Assembly (NCBI GenBank): GCA_030704615.1
Contig: CM060731.1
Location: forward strand, 14,384,001 to 14,448,000
DNA from: Takakia lepidozioides
Lineage: Eukaryota > Plantae > Bryophyta
Reading direction: 5' to 3'
Length of the DNA: 64,000 nucleotides
Shown here: in pieces, positions 52,634 through 64,000 of the stretch
Layout of the letters: each line of letters begins with the position of its first letter
Position numbering within the stretch: the first letter of the stretch is position 1
Notes under the pieces: model-generated
Databases searched by the model: none
What the model was told of the DNA's origin: nothing
The model's input: only the letters and a program-made list of their open reading frames with translations
Translations under genes and position numbers: made by a program

Positions 52634-53436
52634 CCCTCAAGTTCCCAAGCCCTTTTTTGACATTTTACCAATTTTGGGTACCCAGCTGCAGTAAATTGCC
52701 CCTAGAAACCTACCAAAAATCATCTAGAGATTCCAGCCTTATAGCAATGGGCCCAGCTCATTTATGCATGACATACCAAAAATGAGCCAAGTCCACTGTG
52801 GAAATTGTGAGATTATAGCGTTGGCCCGGACCTCAAATATCAGGTCCCAAAAAAGAAGTGAGAAAGAAATTGGTTTGACCAAATCAAAACCTAGCTTTAT
52901 CCAATTTTGCTTGCCCCAAGACCCACCATTTCCAAATCAATAGTGGAGTGGCTATGACCCCACTAAATCGCAGGTCCAACTGATTTTTTCACCTATGGTT
53001 GCTTTGCATGCAATTACATGGGGGTTGAAATCTCAAAATTGACAAGAGAAAATGTGCCTCCAAATGAAGTACTTTTATTTCTACAAATTTTTAAAAGCCA
53101 ATGGTGGATGTGTGTATGTAATGCTCACATACTCCAAAATTGCTAATTTTCTGCCAAAAATGGCCTTTGGAGTGCAATCTGTTTTGGGCTTGTTTACCTG
53201 CCACATCAGCGGTCAACAAGCCCTTGTCAGGCCCCAAAACGTAAATGAGAGATCTAAGATATATTTTTTAGGTCGTAGCTTTAGTTTTTTTTTTAATTTT
53301 TTTTTTTGCATCATAGTCAAGACAAATCCCTTGTCATTAAAGCTTCAGGTGGGCCCCATCAGATTAGATCTGCAAAAATTAGGTCGAACTGCAAATTCAA
53401 AAGTGACCCCATTCAGGTCGCTTGGGAACTTAAGGG
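52634..53436. mobile_element. 803-bp non-autonomous DNA transposon with piggyBac hallmarks
   Basis: TTAA at 52630-52633 and 53437-53440. 17-bp TIR CCCTCAAGTTCCCAAGC / GCTTGGGAACTTAAGGG with one mismatch. No coding capacity recognised. Confidence 0.78.
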
Positions 53437-53827
53437 TTAATATAATTACTTTAGGGGTTTTTATATATGATAACATTGAGAAAATTTATATACATGTATA
53501 TTTTTAATTGGATGATGAACGCTATACCAGTATGTTAATTTTATGAAGACTGCTGCTGTGGGGGACATCAAAAAGGGCAGTTGAAAAAACTTCAAGGCTG
53601 TAACTTAACTTAATCTTGAGAGTTGGTAGAGTGGATGATATAATAAGTTGGCCCATTCAAACCAGCACGTTGTTCACACTCTACAACCGCGTGGGACCCA
53701 AACAACTCTCATCTCTCAACGGTCCACGCAAGACCTAACCTCTTACCTACCAAAGAGCTAAGTTACTGCACACTGGGCCCATACATTTTCTGTCTCACAC
53801 ATCACAATTATCCCATATGGTTTGTAC

Positions 53828-54524
53828 CAGTGTTGGCCGGGATGTTTTGAGCCCTCTCCTGGTCCGGGTTATGGCGTACTCTTTGAAAAAAATGGATGGC
53901 CGGGGCAGGGTATACCAATAGGTTTGAAAAACATCTGGGTTACAGGTTCTCAATAAACACATGGATTTTCTTGTGTCCGGTTCTCAATCTACCTGTTATG
54001 CCATCTTAAAAAATGTCGGTTCCATGGTACCGGTTATGGGATTCATCCACTTTTATTTATTTATTACTTTTTCTGGCATTTTTGTGTATGTGTGTAAAAC
54101 TATACACAAAAGGGCTATGGCATGGTGATAAGCCACTAGAGTATTAGTTGTGGGTCTTGGGTTCAAAGTTCAAAGGTTCAACCCTGTCATCTATCTCTCT
54201 GCCCCTCTAATACACTAAGCTTACAACTTACAACTATTGTCTTAGCCAAATGCCAAATTCCCAACCAATTAATTTCCTACTTGGACATTCTCATTAATGT
54301 TGTGCACCTAATCTCCCCAATATTGTAATTTCATAACTACCATCACTAACCCTTACACTTGTATTATCTAAATGCTCTCGGTATAACACCCTTATAATCA
54401 CTCTAGCCGGTTAGGAAGCTCGATTTTTTTTCCGGTTCCCTTCCATAGCCAGTACTTGCGGGGGCTGCACTATGCAAATAACAGCCGGATATGCATGTCA
54501 AGATGCCATACCCGGCCAACACTA
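53828..54524. mobile_element. 697-bp hAT MITE
   Basis: TIR CAGTGTTGGCCGGG / CCCGGCCAACACTA. 8-bp TSD GTTTGTAC at 53820-53827 and 54525-54532. ccgg/ggtt subterminal motifs. Confidence 0.93.
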
Positions 54525-56086
54525 GTTTGTACATATGCGTGTAGGGAATAGCAAAAAGGCCGTGTTATGGGATGCCATAAAAATGAGAGTTTTGGGCTGG
54601 CCTGGGGCGCTGCCCGGGGTCTAGACCATGGACCAAGCCAGGTCTGGGCCTGGGACTGGACGTCCTGCACCCAGTCCATTAAGGGAACTCATTGGGAACA
54701 AATTTTGGCTGTTGCCCGTCCTTTCCTGCTGTCCCGGGGGTTGCAGTGGCCCGGGCTTAGAAAGCCCGGGAAAGATTCGCTAGCCCTGGGTAAATATTCC
54801 TTGGACCCAAAGAAAGATACTTTACCCTGGGATATGAAGACACCCGAGAAATATTACAGACGAATATCCTTGACCCCTTTAACCCTGGGTTTACATAAGG
54901 CAGTTTTCATCCGTCGACCATGTATTCTACATCGCGTATTTTCTAGGTGTCTCGCGTACGAGAGCACTGCCTCTCTCGCCAAACAACAAAGGTGTCGTTT
55001 TTACGGAGCATCCGTTTTCCTTCCTGTTTGTTGGATCTTGTAAAATGTCTCTTACGAAACGAGGAGTATTTGGGTAACATAACAGCTGCTACGAGTTACA
55101 TTGTATTGAATTCCTCGACAAAACTGAAAGAGAACTCATTTCACCTCTCATCAGATACCAACAACTGAAGGTGTTATAAGCAGAATCTTTCTTAGAGAAT
55201 TTTCAGGGTGATTGTAGGACAGGTGGATATGACGAAGCTAATTCGAGGAAACAAGGGCTACTGACCATCACTGTAGATCCTCTATTCATGATGTTGTGAG
55301 TTTGGAAGGTGTACATATTGCACAGCGACGTGTAGTATAGTGGTGATTAGACAGAAACTTCAGAGACTGTGGCTAGATGGGGGATGTCTTACCAAAATCG
55401 GACGAGCTGAACAAAGGGAAGAATGTTTTCTCTTCATAATCACATTTTGGATGTGCTATAGAGAGTTTTTGCATGGCAAAGGTGCAGCTATTCGATGTTG
55501 TGCTGATGGAATAGTTGCAGAAAGTGGTGGCCCTAAAACCCACTGTGAGACGGGGCAAGACCATGGCACTGCAATTCAGTGATTTCTTGAACACTGGGGT
55601 GCTAACAAGTTGTATGTTGTACGCACTCATCTCTATATATAATGCCCTTCTCTCTCTCTCCATTTTCTCTATATGCAGATAGTCTTTCATGGAGAGAAGT
55701 GTCGACCAATTGATGAAGTAAATTGGGATCTTAAACTCTATTCCAAAATCTCTGATCGTTGGGTGGTCCTCAGGCAATAAGTATAAGTTTCAATCGGTGC
55801 AGTAATCATGACTGAGCCTACAAGCCATTAATTAATTTCAAACTGCAGCATAATGTTCAAGTTAAAAGATGGAGAAAGAATCCAGGGTAGAAAGTGCTAC
55901 TCTGACCATAAGATGTTGGCATGTGAGATCGAGTGAGTGAATTGAAACCCGGAAAGTCTGGAGTTTCTCTACGAAAGACTTGCTACTCAGACTAAGTTAC
56001 AGAAAAGCTGCTGGACACTGCTAGAGACAGACTGTTAGTGGAAGGAAGCCAAGAATAAGAGAAAATGTCCTGCCTCTGGACTAGTT

Positions 56087-56400
56087 AGATCCCTTTTGTA
56101 CCTCTATAAATAATTAGATAGCCAAGCTTTTGTTATGAATCATCATGGACATACTGGTTAGCTTGTACTTAGTTTGTACCCTTGTGGAGGTTCAACCCCC
56201 GCTGGCCGCAACCCTGTAATTCATTTTGATTGTGTTCTTTTTAATTTTCAGATCCTGGTGGCAGCTCTATAAATAATTCAATAGTCCAAAGTTTTCAAGA
56301 GATTGTTGTGGACTTATTGGTTACAAACATAGATTCCAACCCCGTGGTTAGGGGTTCAAATCCTCTTCCCGTAGTTCTTCTAGTAGTTAGTTTTGCTTTT
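56087..56400 (+). repeat. Two tandem degenerate tRNA-like / Pol III promoter units (period about 163 bp)
   Basis: Each unit has agatcc..ctctataaataatt, an A-box-like tggac.ta.tggtta and a B-box-like ggttcaaccc / ggttcaaatcc. Confidence 0.55.
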
Positions 56401-56763
56401 CTAAGAATGTTACTTGGTTGAATATAAACTCACCTAAATTAATTGGGATTAATAAAAACTAAGTAAATAAATATTTCTATCTTTTAAACTTAAATATATA
56501 TAAATATAAATATTCACAAAAAATAAACATTAAAATTGGTGAGCTGAAATTAAATTTTGTTGGTTGCCTAATAAATAATATTTACACTAAAATATCTCTC
56601 TTTATCGTGCGAAGGGTTTGCTTGTGGAGAATCCCGAGTGATTAATTGGATGCACCAAAACTACATAGAATAGACAGGGATATGAGTCACAAGTGTTGGA
56701 TCTCAAACATGAAGAAACATGAAGAAAGTTATTATGTGAGGCCATATATTTCCATAGATGCTC

Positions 56764-58245
56764 TCATACATGTGCTACATCGACCAAAACTTGCAAAGCC
56801 TCTCTACTAACATCAGAGTCATCTATCAACTCAAGTTCATCGATGTACACATGTCGTGTCATCGCCTCGTAACAATACCGTGAAAGGTACAAATGGAATG
56901 AGAAGCAGGCCACCGAATGCGGCAGCCTTCCTACCTGGGTTGCATAGGCCCAATCTCTCAAGAGGGTGAGATCACGAGTTAATTCTGCCCCAGTAGTTGG
57001 TAAATCATCCAGCACAGGCGTGCTTCGCCATTGTTGATCACCACCTCGTGGACCTAGGTCATGTGTGCCAATGGCATCAGGTTGCTCAAGGCCTGCATAA
57101 GGATCCTCGAGGAGATGGTTTGTCCACCTACACAACCAAAAAACACCATCAACATCCATCATGTGTTCTACCACACATGCTTCATCTTCAGCTTTTGTAG
57201 AGTGAAAACAAGGGGCTCTGCATATCATTCCCACTAATTAGTTACTTGATCAGAGATACACACTAACCCTACCCATGTCGCAGCGGAAGGGAAGATGCAG
57301 ATAGGGTTTCTGTTTACACGTCTTTGGCCGGCCTTCACATGTGATCGCACATCGTTGCGATGTATCTACCCAGCATTCCAAACAATCACAGGATATCTTG
57401 CCAGCCCATGAGCTGTATTACTTACTGGTACCGGGGTTCAAAACTGAACTGGTGATGCAGCCCTTGTCTTCATCACAACCCTTAATCAAACTTTCCCATA
57501 CACGTCACTGAAATCAGGTGTCTACAAAGCATCAGCCTCAAAATACTCTCATCACTGTGTTCCGTCGTTAGGATACAAAGGGCAAGTATCCATTTATAGA
57601 CAACAAAAACCGCAGGACTGTGGCTTAGGAGTAAGACATGGTCGAGAGACACAAGAAGATGTCTTCGCTGCACTACACTCACTACAGTGGACTTCATTGC
57701 TCATGAAGATTGAGAGACCCCCTACATCACATTCACAGACAGATCCACTCCTTGAAGAGCACACACAAGTGAAAGGTAAACAATGGAATCACAAATAGTC
57801 ACCTGCAATCAACCCTGGCAGGTTGTGGACTCCATTGGCCTGCAGAGGGAATCCATCTTTTTGGGTTTGGGGCAGACAATGAGGTCCACTTCTAGAAAGA
57901 GCATGCAAGTGGGCAGGTGTTTATTGGCGCACTGCCATTGTCTGCCAGCCATGAACCCAGAACGTCGTTTACTTGAAATTCAGACAGGAGGCAGGTGTGC
58001 TACGTGCTGCATTTGAAATGGAGTGATGTCCTTGCACAACTTCAAAACTTGACGTGTGCAATAATAGACAGAAAATAACAAACCGGGACAGCCCATGTGT
58101 ACACACTACAGACATAACAAAGGGCTGGTTGAAGGAGAGCAGAGATAAAGACGAAATGTAGAAGCCATAAATTTTATTTCCAGCTAATATATACTCAGTA
58201 CCAGCCCTCTACTACAAGAGAGGGCATACCATAATATCACACCCA

Positions 58246-58284
<39 letters not shown>

Positions 58285-61155
58285 GAGAATCGGAGAAAAA
58301 ATGTAGAAAGAATTGAGTATAAATCAGTGACACTAGCTCGAACTAATGATTGGCTCTGATTCTACAATATACTGCATTTACTATGCTGCTAATCCCGCAT
58401 GTTGGTGTCCCTCTCTACTATGAAAGAGGATCAAAAAGCTAGTAGTCGGGCGTACCGTGGCAGGCACCAACACTCGCGTGATCACAGAGAAATTACAAAA
58501 CTTCGGTGGCACTATACCAAGAGAGGCCCCTGGATAGGCTTCTGAAAGATTAACTAATTTACCTCATGTCCCGGCCACTTAGGGAGCATCTCTACACCTT
58601 TCCAATGAGTCATCTCTCATAGTTTCAGATCCCCCAATATCATTGCTCTACCTTCCACTAATCACCAACAATCTAGCAGTCAATCGCCATCTTTCCCCTT
58701 TATCGCAACCTGAAAGACTGCCCACCTCACTCTGCCATATTCAGTGGCTTCCCAGCCCAAAATAATGGACAAGAATTCACCCTACACTTTGTCTAATGTT
58801 CTAATGTGAAAATTTGATCTAGGGATGGGCTTGTTCATAACAATAATAGCAAATGAACACATGCTTCTCTGGAGGGTAAGGTATTACACCCGTGCAGGTG
58901 TTCGTACTCCCGGAAGTAACGCGCAGGGACATGAGAATCTCGATAACGATTGTTCTCATTGATTCTTCGCACTCGGTGATGGTTCCATGTCTCAACGTAT
59001 TCATCAACGGCTGCCTGGACAATCGGGATGTACACAAACAGAAATGGTTCCCGCTGCCATGGGTCATCCATGTTCAGAATACCATCAACCTCCATTTGTT
59101 GGAAACAGTTCTTGTAGAAGAAAACCACTCGTTCCCATAAGTGCCTCCACCAGTGCTCTATTCGCTACATGTCAAAACAGTCATGGAAAGCCTTGTCAAT
59201 TTTTAACTATCAAACTATCTTCCACGGACAACCTTACCATGGTGCTAACCCCCACGGTGCTGACCTTGTTGACTGTTGGGGTACTCACCTCACCCCTCGG
59301 CAGACATTATTCTTATGCAATGTGGGACATATATGTCACTCTACAAAGTTGCGAATATCTCAGGTTGTCAAGCTGCAGTGCTTTCATCTTCTTTATGCCC
59401 CACAAGAGCCCTCCAAACATCAAGGCCCTCTTGAAGTATACCAACTACAGTCAATTTGATGGACTACCAGTGGAATGCACACCCATTTTTCTCACATCTC
59501 AAACCTAGATAACCTTACAGCCCTTCACTTGCTCTCGTCATTCAATGTGCACATTTCTCCTCATTAGGGACTTCATCATCATAGCACCTCATTATGCGTG
59601 GATGCTCCTGCTAAAAATGGACTTCTAATATTGGCTCGAGCTCCCTCAATATGCTCTTTGATCAAGTTGTGTTCTGATGCGAAATCTGATCGAATCCTCA
59701 AAGGTACATTGTACTTGGAGACTGCCTCCCTGTAAGCTGTCCACAAATACGCTCGTTAGTGGTGCACTGTCATTTGGAAACTACAGCTAGTTCACTTGGC
59801 CAAAAAAGATGTGCAAAGTACATGGAGTCTTAACTATGTACCTGAGAAAATTGTCCCTGTAGTTTTGTCGCGGGCCACTTTGGCATACACCACAAAGTGT
59901 GAAGCCCCATCAATCCCTGCATGCACTCGTATTCCGAACATGTAAAGCTTGTCGTAGGCTGCAATAACATAAAAGGAAAAGCATGTTATTCATGTATGTG
60001 GACAGAAGGTGGCAGGTAGTCCTGCTAACTAGGTATTCGTATATAGTTTCCTGTTATTTCTGGTCTGGCTGTTAGAAAGAGCGTCCTACCAGTAAAGGCA
60101 CTATTCATGAGATCTCCCATGTATGAGAGTAATGCCTTACCTATTCACAAAGGGCTGACCTATAAAAGGCTAAACATTTTACAGACTCAGGTTGTTTTCC
60201 CCTTGAGGGATCATGTCCATACATTGCATGGGCTTTCTTTCATCCTAGAGGGTTGGATTAAATAAGTCAAACAATATGTCCATCTTTTGCGTCTCTCAGC
60301 TTTTATAGGATCCATAATCTTTAGGCATGCAGTTGCTTAACTACAGCCTCACCAAAACACTGATATATGCTGGAACATAGAGTTTTGTGATGTTTGCTCA
60401 TCCCTCCCCTTTCCAAATAGTAGATTGGACACTTTTGACAGCATTTTTGAACTACAATTCCATCACCATGTCTACAAAGAGTAGCAGATAGTGTGTAAGT
60501 TGGAATCTTTTCTGTAATACTCATTGTAACAAGAGCACTGTGGATGTAAGTCCATTGCAGTTTTCGAATGGCAGATTGATTAGAACGATGAGAGAAAGAG
60601 AGAGACATAAGACATCTATTCAACAACAACTATTTATCATGGTTCAATTCTATCAGATCTAAGGTTTGAAATCATTTGTAGCCTTGTAACCTCAAGATAG
60701 AACAACTACAGAGCAATGTGTTGTTTCAAACATAAAGGTCACTTACAATCTATGTGTCAAAGCCCTATCGGCATGGTGACATTGTATTGTCCCCGTTGAA
60801 GACATCGAGCCCTCAACCTTCTCTCATAGTGGTATGGTGATATGATCCGAAGTGCAGCTGCTACCTTGCGCTCAGGAACTCGAATGTTAAACGTTGCAAG
60901 GGCTGCCCGTACTTGTCTTATTCCCCAGTTCACGCCATTCTCATTGATGGGAAGCAAATTCTCAATCTTCTCACGTATTTCTAGCACAGTCAATTGATGG
61001 TATACGCTGAACTTGGACCCCAATATCCTACTCATGGTCCTTTCCAGTTGTCGTACATCGGGAATGGATAAAGCCTCAGCAATGTGTTTCAATGGCACTC
61101 CCTCCCGCAACATGGCTTCAACGTACTCCTCCATACTGACTACATCTTGCTCCAT
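56764..61155 (-). pseudogene. Intron-containing IS3/integrase-like DDE transposase with one nonsense codon
   Basis: Phase-consistent exons 61155-60747, 59958-59842, 59736-59588, 59164-58890, 57127-56764. Translation includes WGIRQVRAAL..IRVPERKV, GL*HIDSYDKL..GIRVHAGIDGASHFVVY, PLRIRSDFASEH, GASTHNERIEHWWRHL and ETWNHH. TGA at 60757-60759 replaces the expected Trp. The true start may lie further upstream. Confidence 0.88.
58249..58281. repeat. (CT)n microsatellite; similar tracts at about 20021-20042 and 49984-50006
   Basis: Directly visible dinucleotide runs. Confidence 0.95.
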
Positions 61156-62040
61156 CTTGTCAAAATCTGTTTACATTCTCATCATCCTTTCCGAGGAAAC
61201 TGCTTTGGCGAGTCAAAACAAGAAGTGATTGGATGTGCTGGCAAGAAACAAGTTGACATACCTCCCAGGCCCTTCACATGCCGAAGCCCTTACTGTATCT
61301 GGTATCTCTTGCTTGCTAAGAACTCTTCACCAGTCTCCACAGTCGCCCTACGCAAAGAGACCGCAATTCAATCCAACGCCCGGAATTCATGATAATGTCG
61401 ATCTCATGAGGTAGCAAGGCTCGGTGTACCCAAAATGAAAAATAGAATCTCCGATGGAGGTTTAGACACCTAAGTATCAGCAGCTTAGAATCCCCGCTTC
61501 TTTCTAGCCCTGTTCCAATACCAGCGCTAGACTTGTCCGACAAAAGTAGTTTAGATGGATGATTATAAGATGAATGAAAATGTTTTCCTTCATCCTCCGT
61601 CACATTATTGATTTCCTCTGTTGTTGTAGGCATTTGCTACCTGCTTGTGAGTTTGTCCAGAGATGTGGTGATTGATAGCCATGTAAGTGTTCTTGTGAGG
61701 CACAATTCTACTGTCAATAGGCATTTACATCATTGCTCTGGCTTATGAATTTTAGAATGCATGTGGATTGATTGTGGTTTGATGAATTTTAGTTCTATCA
61801 GGCAATAATGCAGCAGAGCTTGGTGAGGATGTGAGGCTCCATGATGTAGCTCACAGTTTATAATCCCATGTTAGAATTTGCAGAATTCAAGAAGTGCATG
61901 AATTTCAGATCTATCACTCTGTTGAATGATGCAAGTACTAATAGTGGAAGTAGTGAAGCTACTAGTGAAATTTTAGAGTCACACTTTACTTTTTTTAAAT
62001 TATGCCACTAGGCATTCTTAGAGGTGAGGGTGTTTGGCAG

Positions 62041-62128
62041 GTTGCAAACTATTTAGATCGGGCTGTAAGCGGACTGGGAAGACAGCCTTTGAAAGTCCTG
62101 TTGCAAGTGAACACTAGTGGAGAGGATT
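62041..62128 (+). pseudogene. Isolated exon of a pyridoxal-phosphate homeostasis protein (PLPBP/YggS/PROSC)
   Basis: ttggcag|VANYLDRAVSGLGRQPLKVLLQVNTSGED|gtaagt, with intact splice sites and the family motif QVNTSGE. No other PLPBP exons were seen. Confidence 0.85.
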
Positions 62129-62342
62129 GTAAGTTTCACAGGCCCTCTTGTTCTTTCTTTGCCTGCTTGTTCCTAAGAATTTGTTGTCATCTTTAAGCAA
62201 TTAGAGAGAGAAAGAGAAACATATACATGCCTTTGAAGATATATCAAATTTTGAGGATATGATTGTGAGAACTCATAGATATCTTCTAAACACTGGCCTC
62301 CATGCATGTTAGGAAGAGAATACAGCCTACAAGTATTCCAAG

Positions 62343-63332
62343 ATGGATAACAGGTGCCTACGACCACCTTCTTCAGAATACGATGAAGGAGATGGGCATG
62401 ATACCTTCACTCCTCCACAAAGGGTGGTGTTGCCTTGCCAAGGACAGTCTTCAAGAATGCAATCAAATCTCTCCGCCAGTGCATCTCCAAGTCATCAAGG
62501 TTCAAGGTATAGTGCAGAGACCGAGACATTTACACCTCCTCCAAGGGTGGCAGTGTTTCCATCCCCACTTCAGGGACGTGAGCAAGGATTTGCATTTCCT
62601 CCCCAATTTGGGGGAGCTTCGAGAGGCAGACCAGCCGCAAGTGCTACACGTACTCGCCATTCACAAATCTTCAACCGGACTGTGTATCAATTACCAAGAG
62701 GAACCATTTGGGTGCGCAAACAAGGTGGTACAGTACCCACAGTGGCTACTTGGCCATCTGATATTCCAGCAGTGGCCATGAGTTTATCATTAGAGACTCG
62801 GTGGGCTGGTTGTGTGTACCCATCACCTTTCACACCCACCTCTGTGGAGTTCGCAATTGCAAATGCATTTGCGCAAGTCCCACGATATGCTCATACCACA
62901 AGGCCAACCTACTCGGGAATATTCTACAAGAGATCAAAGAGGCTAGAGGGGGCAGGTTCACAACGGAGTTATTCACTCTTACCATTTGTGGCAAATCCTG
63001 GAAGCTTGTTTGGAATGGTTACATCCAACACGTATTTGGTGTATTGCCCAGAGCCTAGCATCCTACCAAAGGCTGCTGTTACTTCTTACATTGCAATGTT
63101 GCAAGGAGACATGCCTAATGATGAAGATGACAGTACACTGCCTTCACCATATGAAGACCAATTTCCTCCCTCATCATTTGTTGCATCATCATCAAGGGGA
63201 CCAACATCAATCCCATACCGCGCTGGACCTTCTACAGGTACACTATTCTTGATGCATTTTCATGAAATTGAACTTCCAAGTAGAGACCTCTCTGAATTAA
63301 TTCTGCAGGTACAGAAGTTTAAGCTCCATTAA
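62343..63332 (+). CDS. Unknown 329-aa ORF divergent from the IS3-like transposase; candidate element ORF2
   Basis: Long open frame with a Pro/Ser-rich N-terminus (repeated TFTPP.RV) and a globular-looking core. It may splice onward (GT near 63238). No family recognised. Confidence 0.45.
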   Translation: MDNRCLRPPSSEYDEGDGHDTFTPPQRVVLPCQGQSSRMQSNLSASASPSHQGSRYSAETETFTPPPRVAVFPSPLQGREQGFAFPPQFGGASRGRPAASATRTRHSQIFNRTVYQLPRGTIWVRKQGGTVPTVATWPSDIPAVAMSLSLETRWAGCVYPSPFTPTSVEFAIANAFAQVPRYAHTTRPTYSGIFYKRSKRLEGAGSQRSYSLLPFVANPGSLFGMVTSNTYLVYCPEPSILPKAAVTSYIAMLQGDMPNDEDDSTLPSPYEDQFPPSSFVASSSRGPTSIPYRAGPSTGTLFLMHFHEIELPSRDLSELILQVQKFKLH

Positions 63333-63542
63333 GAAGGAATCTGTCTCTACCAATCTGGTCGTGAAGTGGTCTCTATATACCCCAATAATTTAGTGAACTG
63401 CAGCCTTGTGCCAAAAGTGATGGCACTTAGTGATACCCCATCCGTGGCAGGGAAGAAGCTTAGGGAGTATATGGTTGGGCAGAACAGAAATATTATGTGA
63501 CCATTTTAAAACTCACCAATCTCTGACAAAACAGAAGGTGGA

Positions 63543-64000
63543 TGTCACGGACATAGCCCAGAGGAACTTACCAGGAGTAAATACCAGAAGTTACAAAGTT
63601 ACCAAGTTACCGAAAGTTACCATGATCTACCATGATTTACCATTACTTACCAAGTTATCGAGAGTTTACCAAATTACCAAGAGTAACTTGGGAAACTGCT
63701 CAGGAAGCTTCATTTGGAGGAAATTTCTCCATCAAGATATCTCTTTTGTTTAAGGAAGCTTCTCCATCAAGAAACCTTTGTTTAATCTTGAAAACTTCTC
63801 CAGCAAGAAACCTCCATAGGGGAAGCTTCTTAGGGAAGCTTCTTAGTAGCCAGTATATATAGGAGACAAGACTGGATACTCTTCAGTCTCGCCAGCACCA
63901 GTTCAAGCTACACTACAATACACCCTACGTAATTTCGACGATTTAGTTTGACGCTGGCGTTGACTATTGTCACTTTCGACTGTTCCAACCATTTTGCAGT
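63543..64000 (+). mobile_element. Start of an LTR (Gypsy-like), truncated by the window end
   Basis: Begins TGTCACGG. Short repeats AGTTACC and GGAAGCTT typical of U3, and a TATATATA box at about 63854. Confidence 0.6.

Larger units (their letters stand above)
54566..63542 (-). mobile_element. IS3EU-like DNA transposon; other end probably beyond the window
   Basis: Candidate terminus TATGG at 54566 followed by CCCGGG/CCTGGG subterminal repeats (54590-54890), a spliced IS3-type DDE gene and a divergent second ORF. Boundaries are inferred. Confidence 0.6.

Noticed and set aside
53052-53507. 151-aa ORF as the piggyBac transposase
   Set aside because: No DDD motifs, low-complexity composition, and it runs across the element boundary.
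56140-56380. Functional tRNA genes
   Set aside because: A and B boxes are present but no convincing acceptor or anticodon stems; kept only as degenerate tRNA-like units.
57270-58010. Cys-rich minus-strand frames inside the last transposase intron as extra exons
   Set aside because: The flanking exons already join in phase without them and no family is recognisable.

Overview
Eukaryotic nuclear DNA with GT-AG introns. The genes and transposon types point to a land plant, most likely non-seed (bryophyte or lycophyte grade; inference). Six intron-containing host genes were reconstructed by hand: the 3' part of an EDEM-type GH47 alpha-mannosidase (MNS5-like), a very long TPR-like protein, an L-Ala-D/L-Glu epimerase, a short-chain dehydrogenase, a small Ser/Lys/Arg-rich conserved protein, and a cyanobacterial-type Ser/Thr kinase. 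Mobile DNA is diverse: a full-length but decayed hAT (12-bp TIR, 8-bp TSD), two hAT MITEs, LINE fragments with short elements sharing their 3' tail, a CACTA-like end, a Helitron-like DUF6570 fragment, and the start of an LTR. The most unusual items are (1) an intron-containing IS3-like (IS3EU-type) DDE transposase locus at about 54.6-63.5 kb, with a divergent second ORF, an isolated PLPBP/YggS exon and tandem tRNA-like units; (2) an 803-bp TTAA-flanked CCC...GGG element with piggyBac hallmarks; and (3) a mosaic region holding a hydroxypyruvate reductase exon fragment and copies of neighbouring host sequence. All family assignments come from motif recognition, not database searches.
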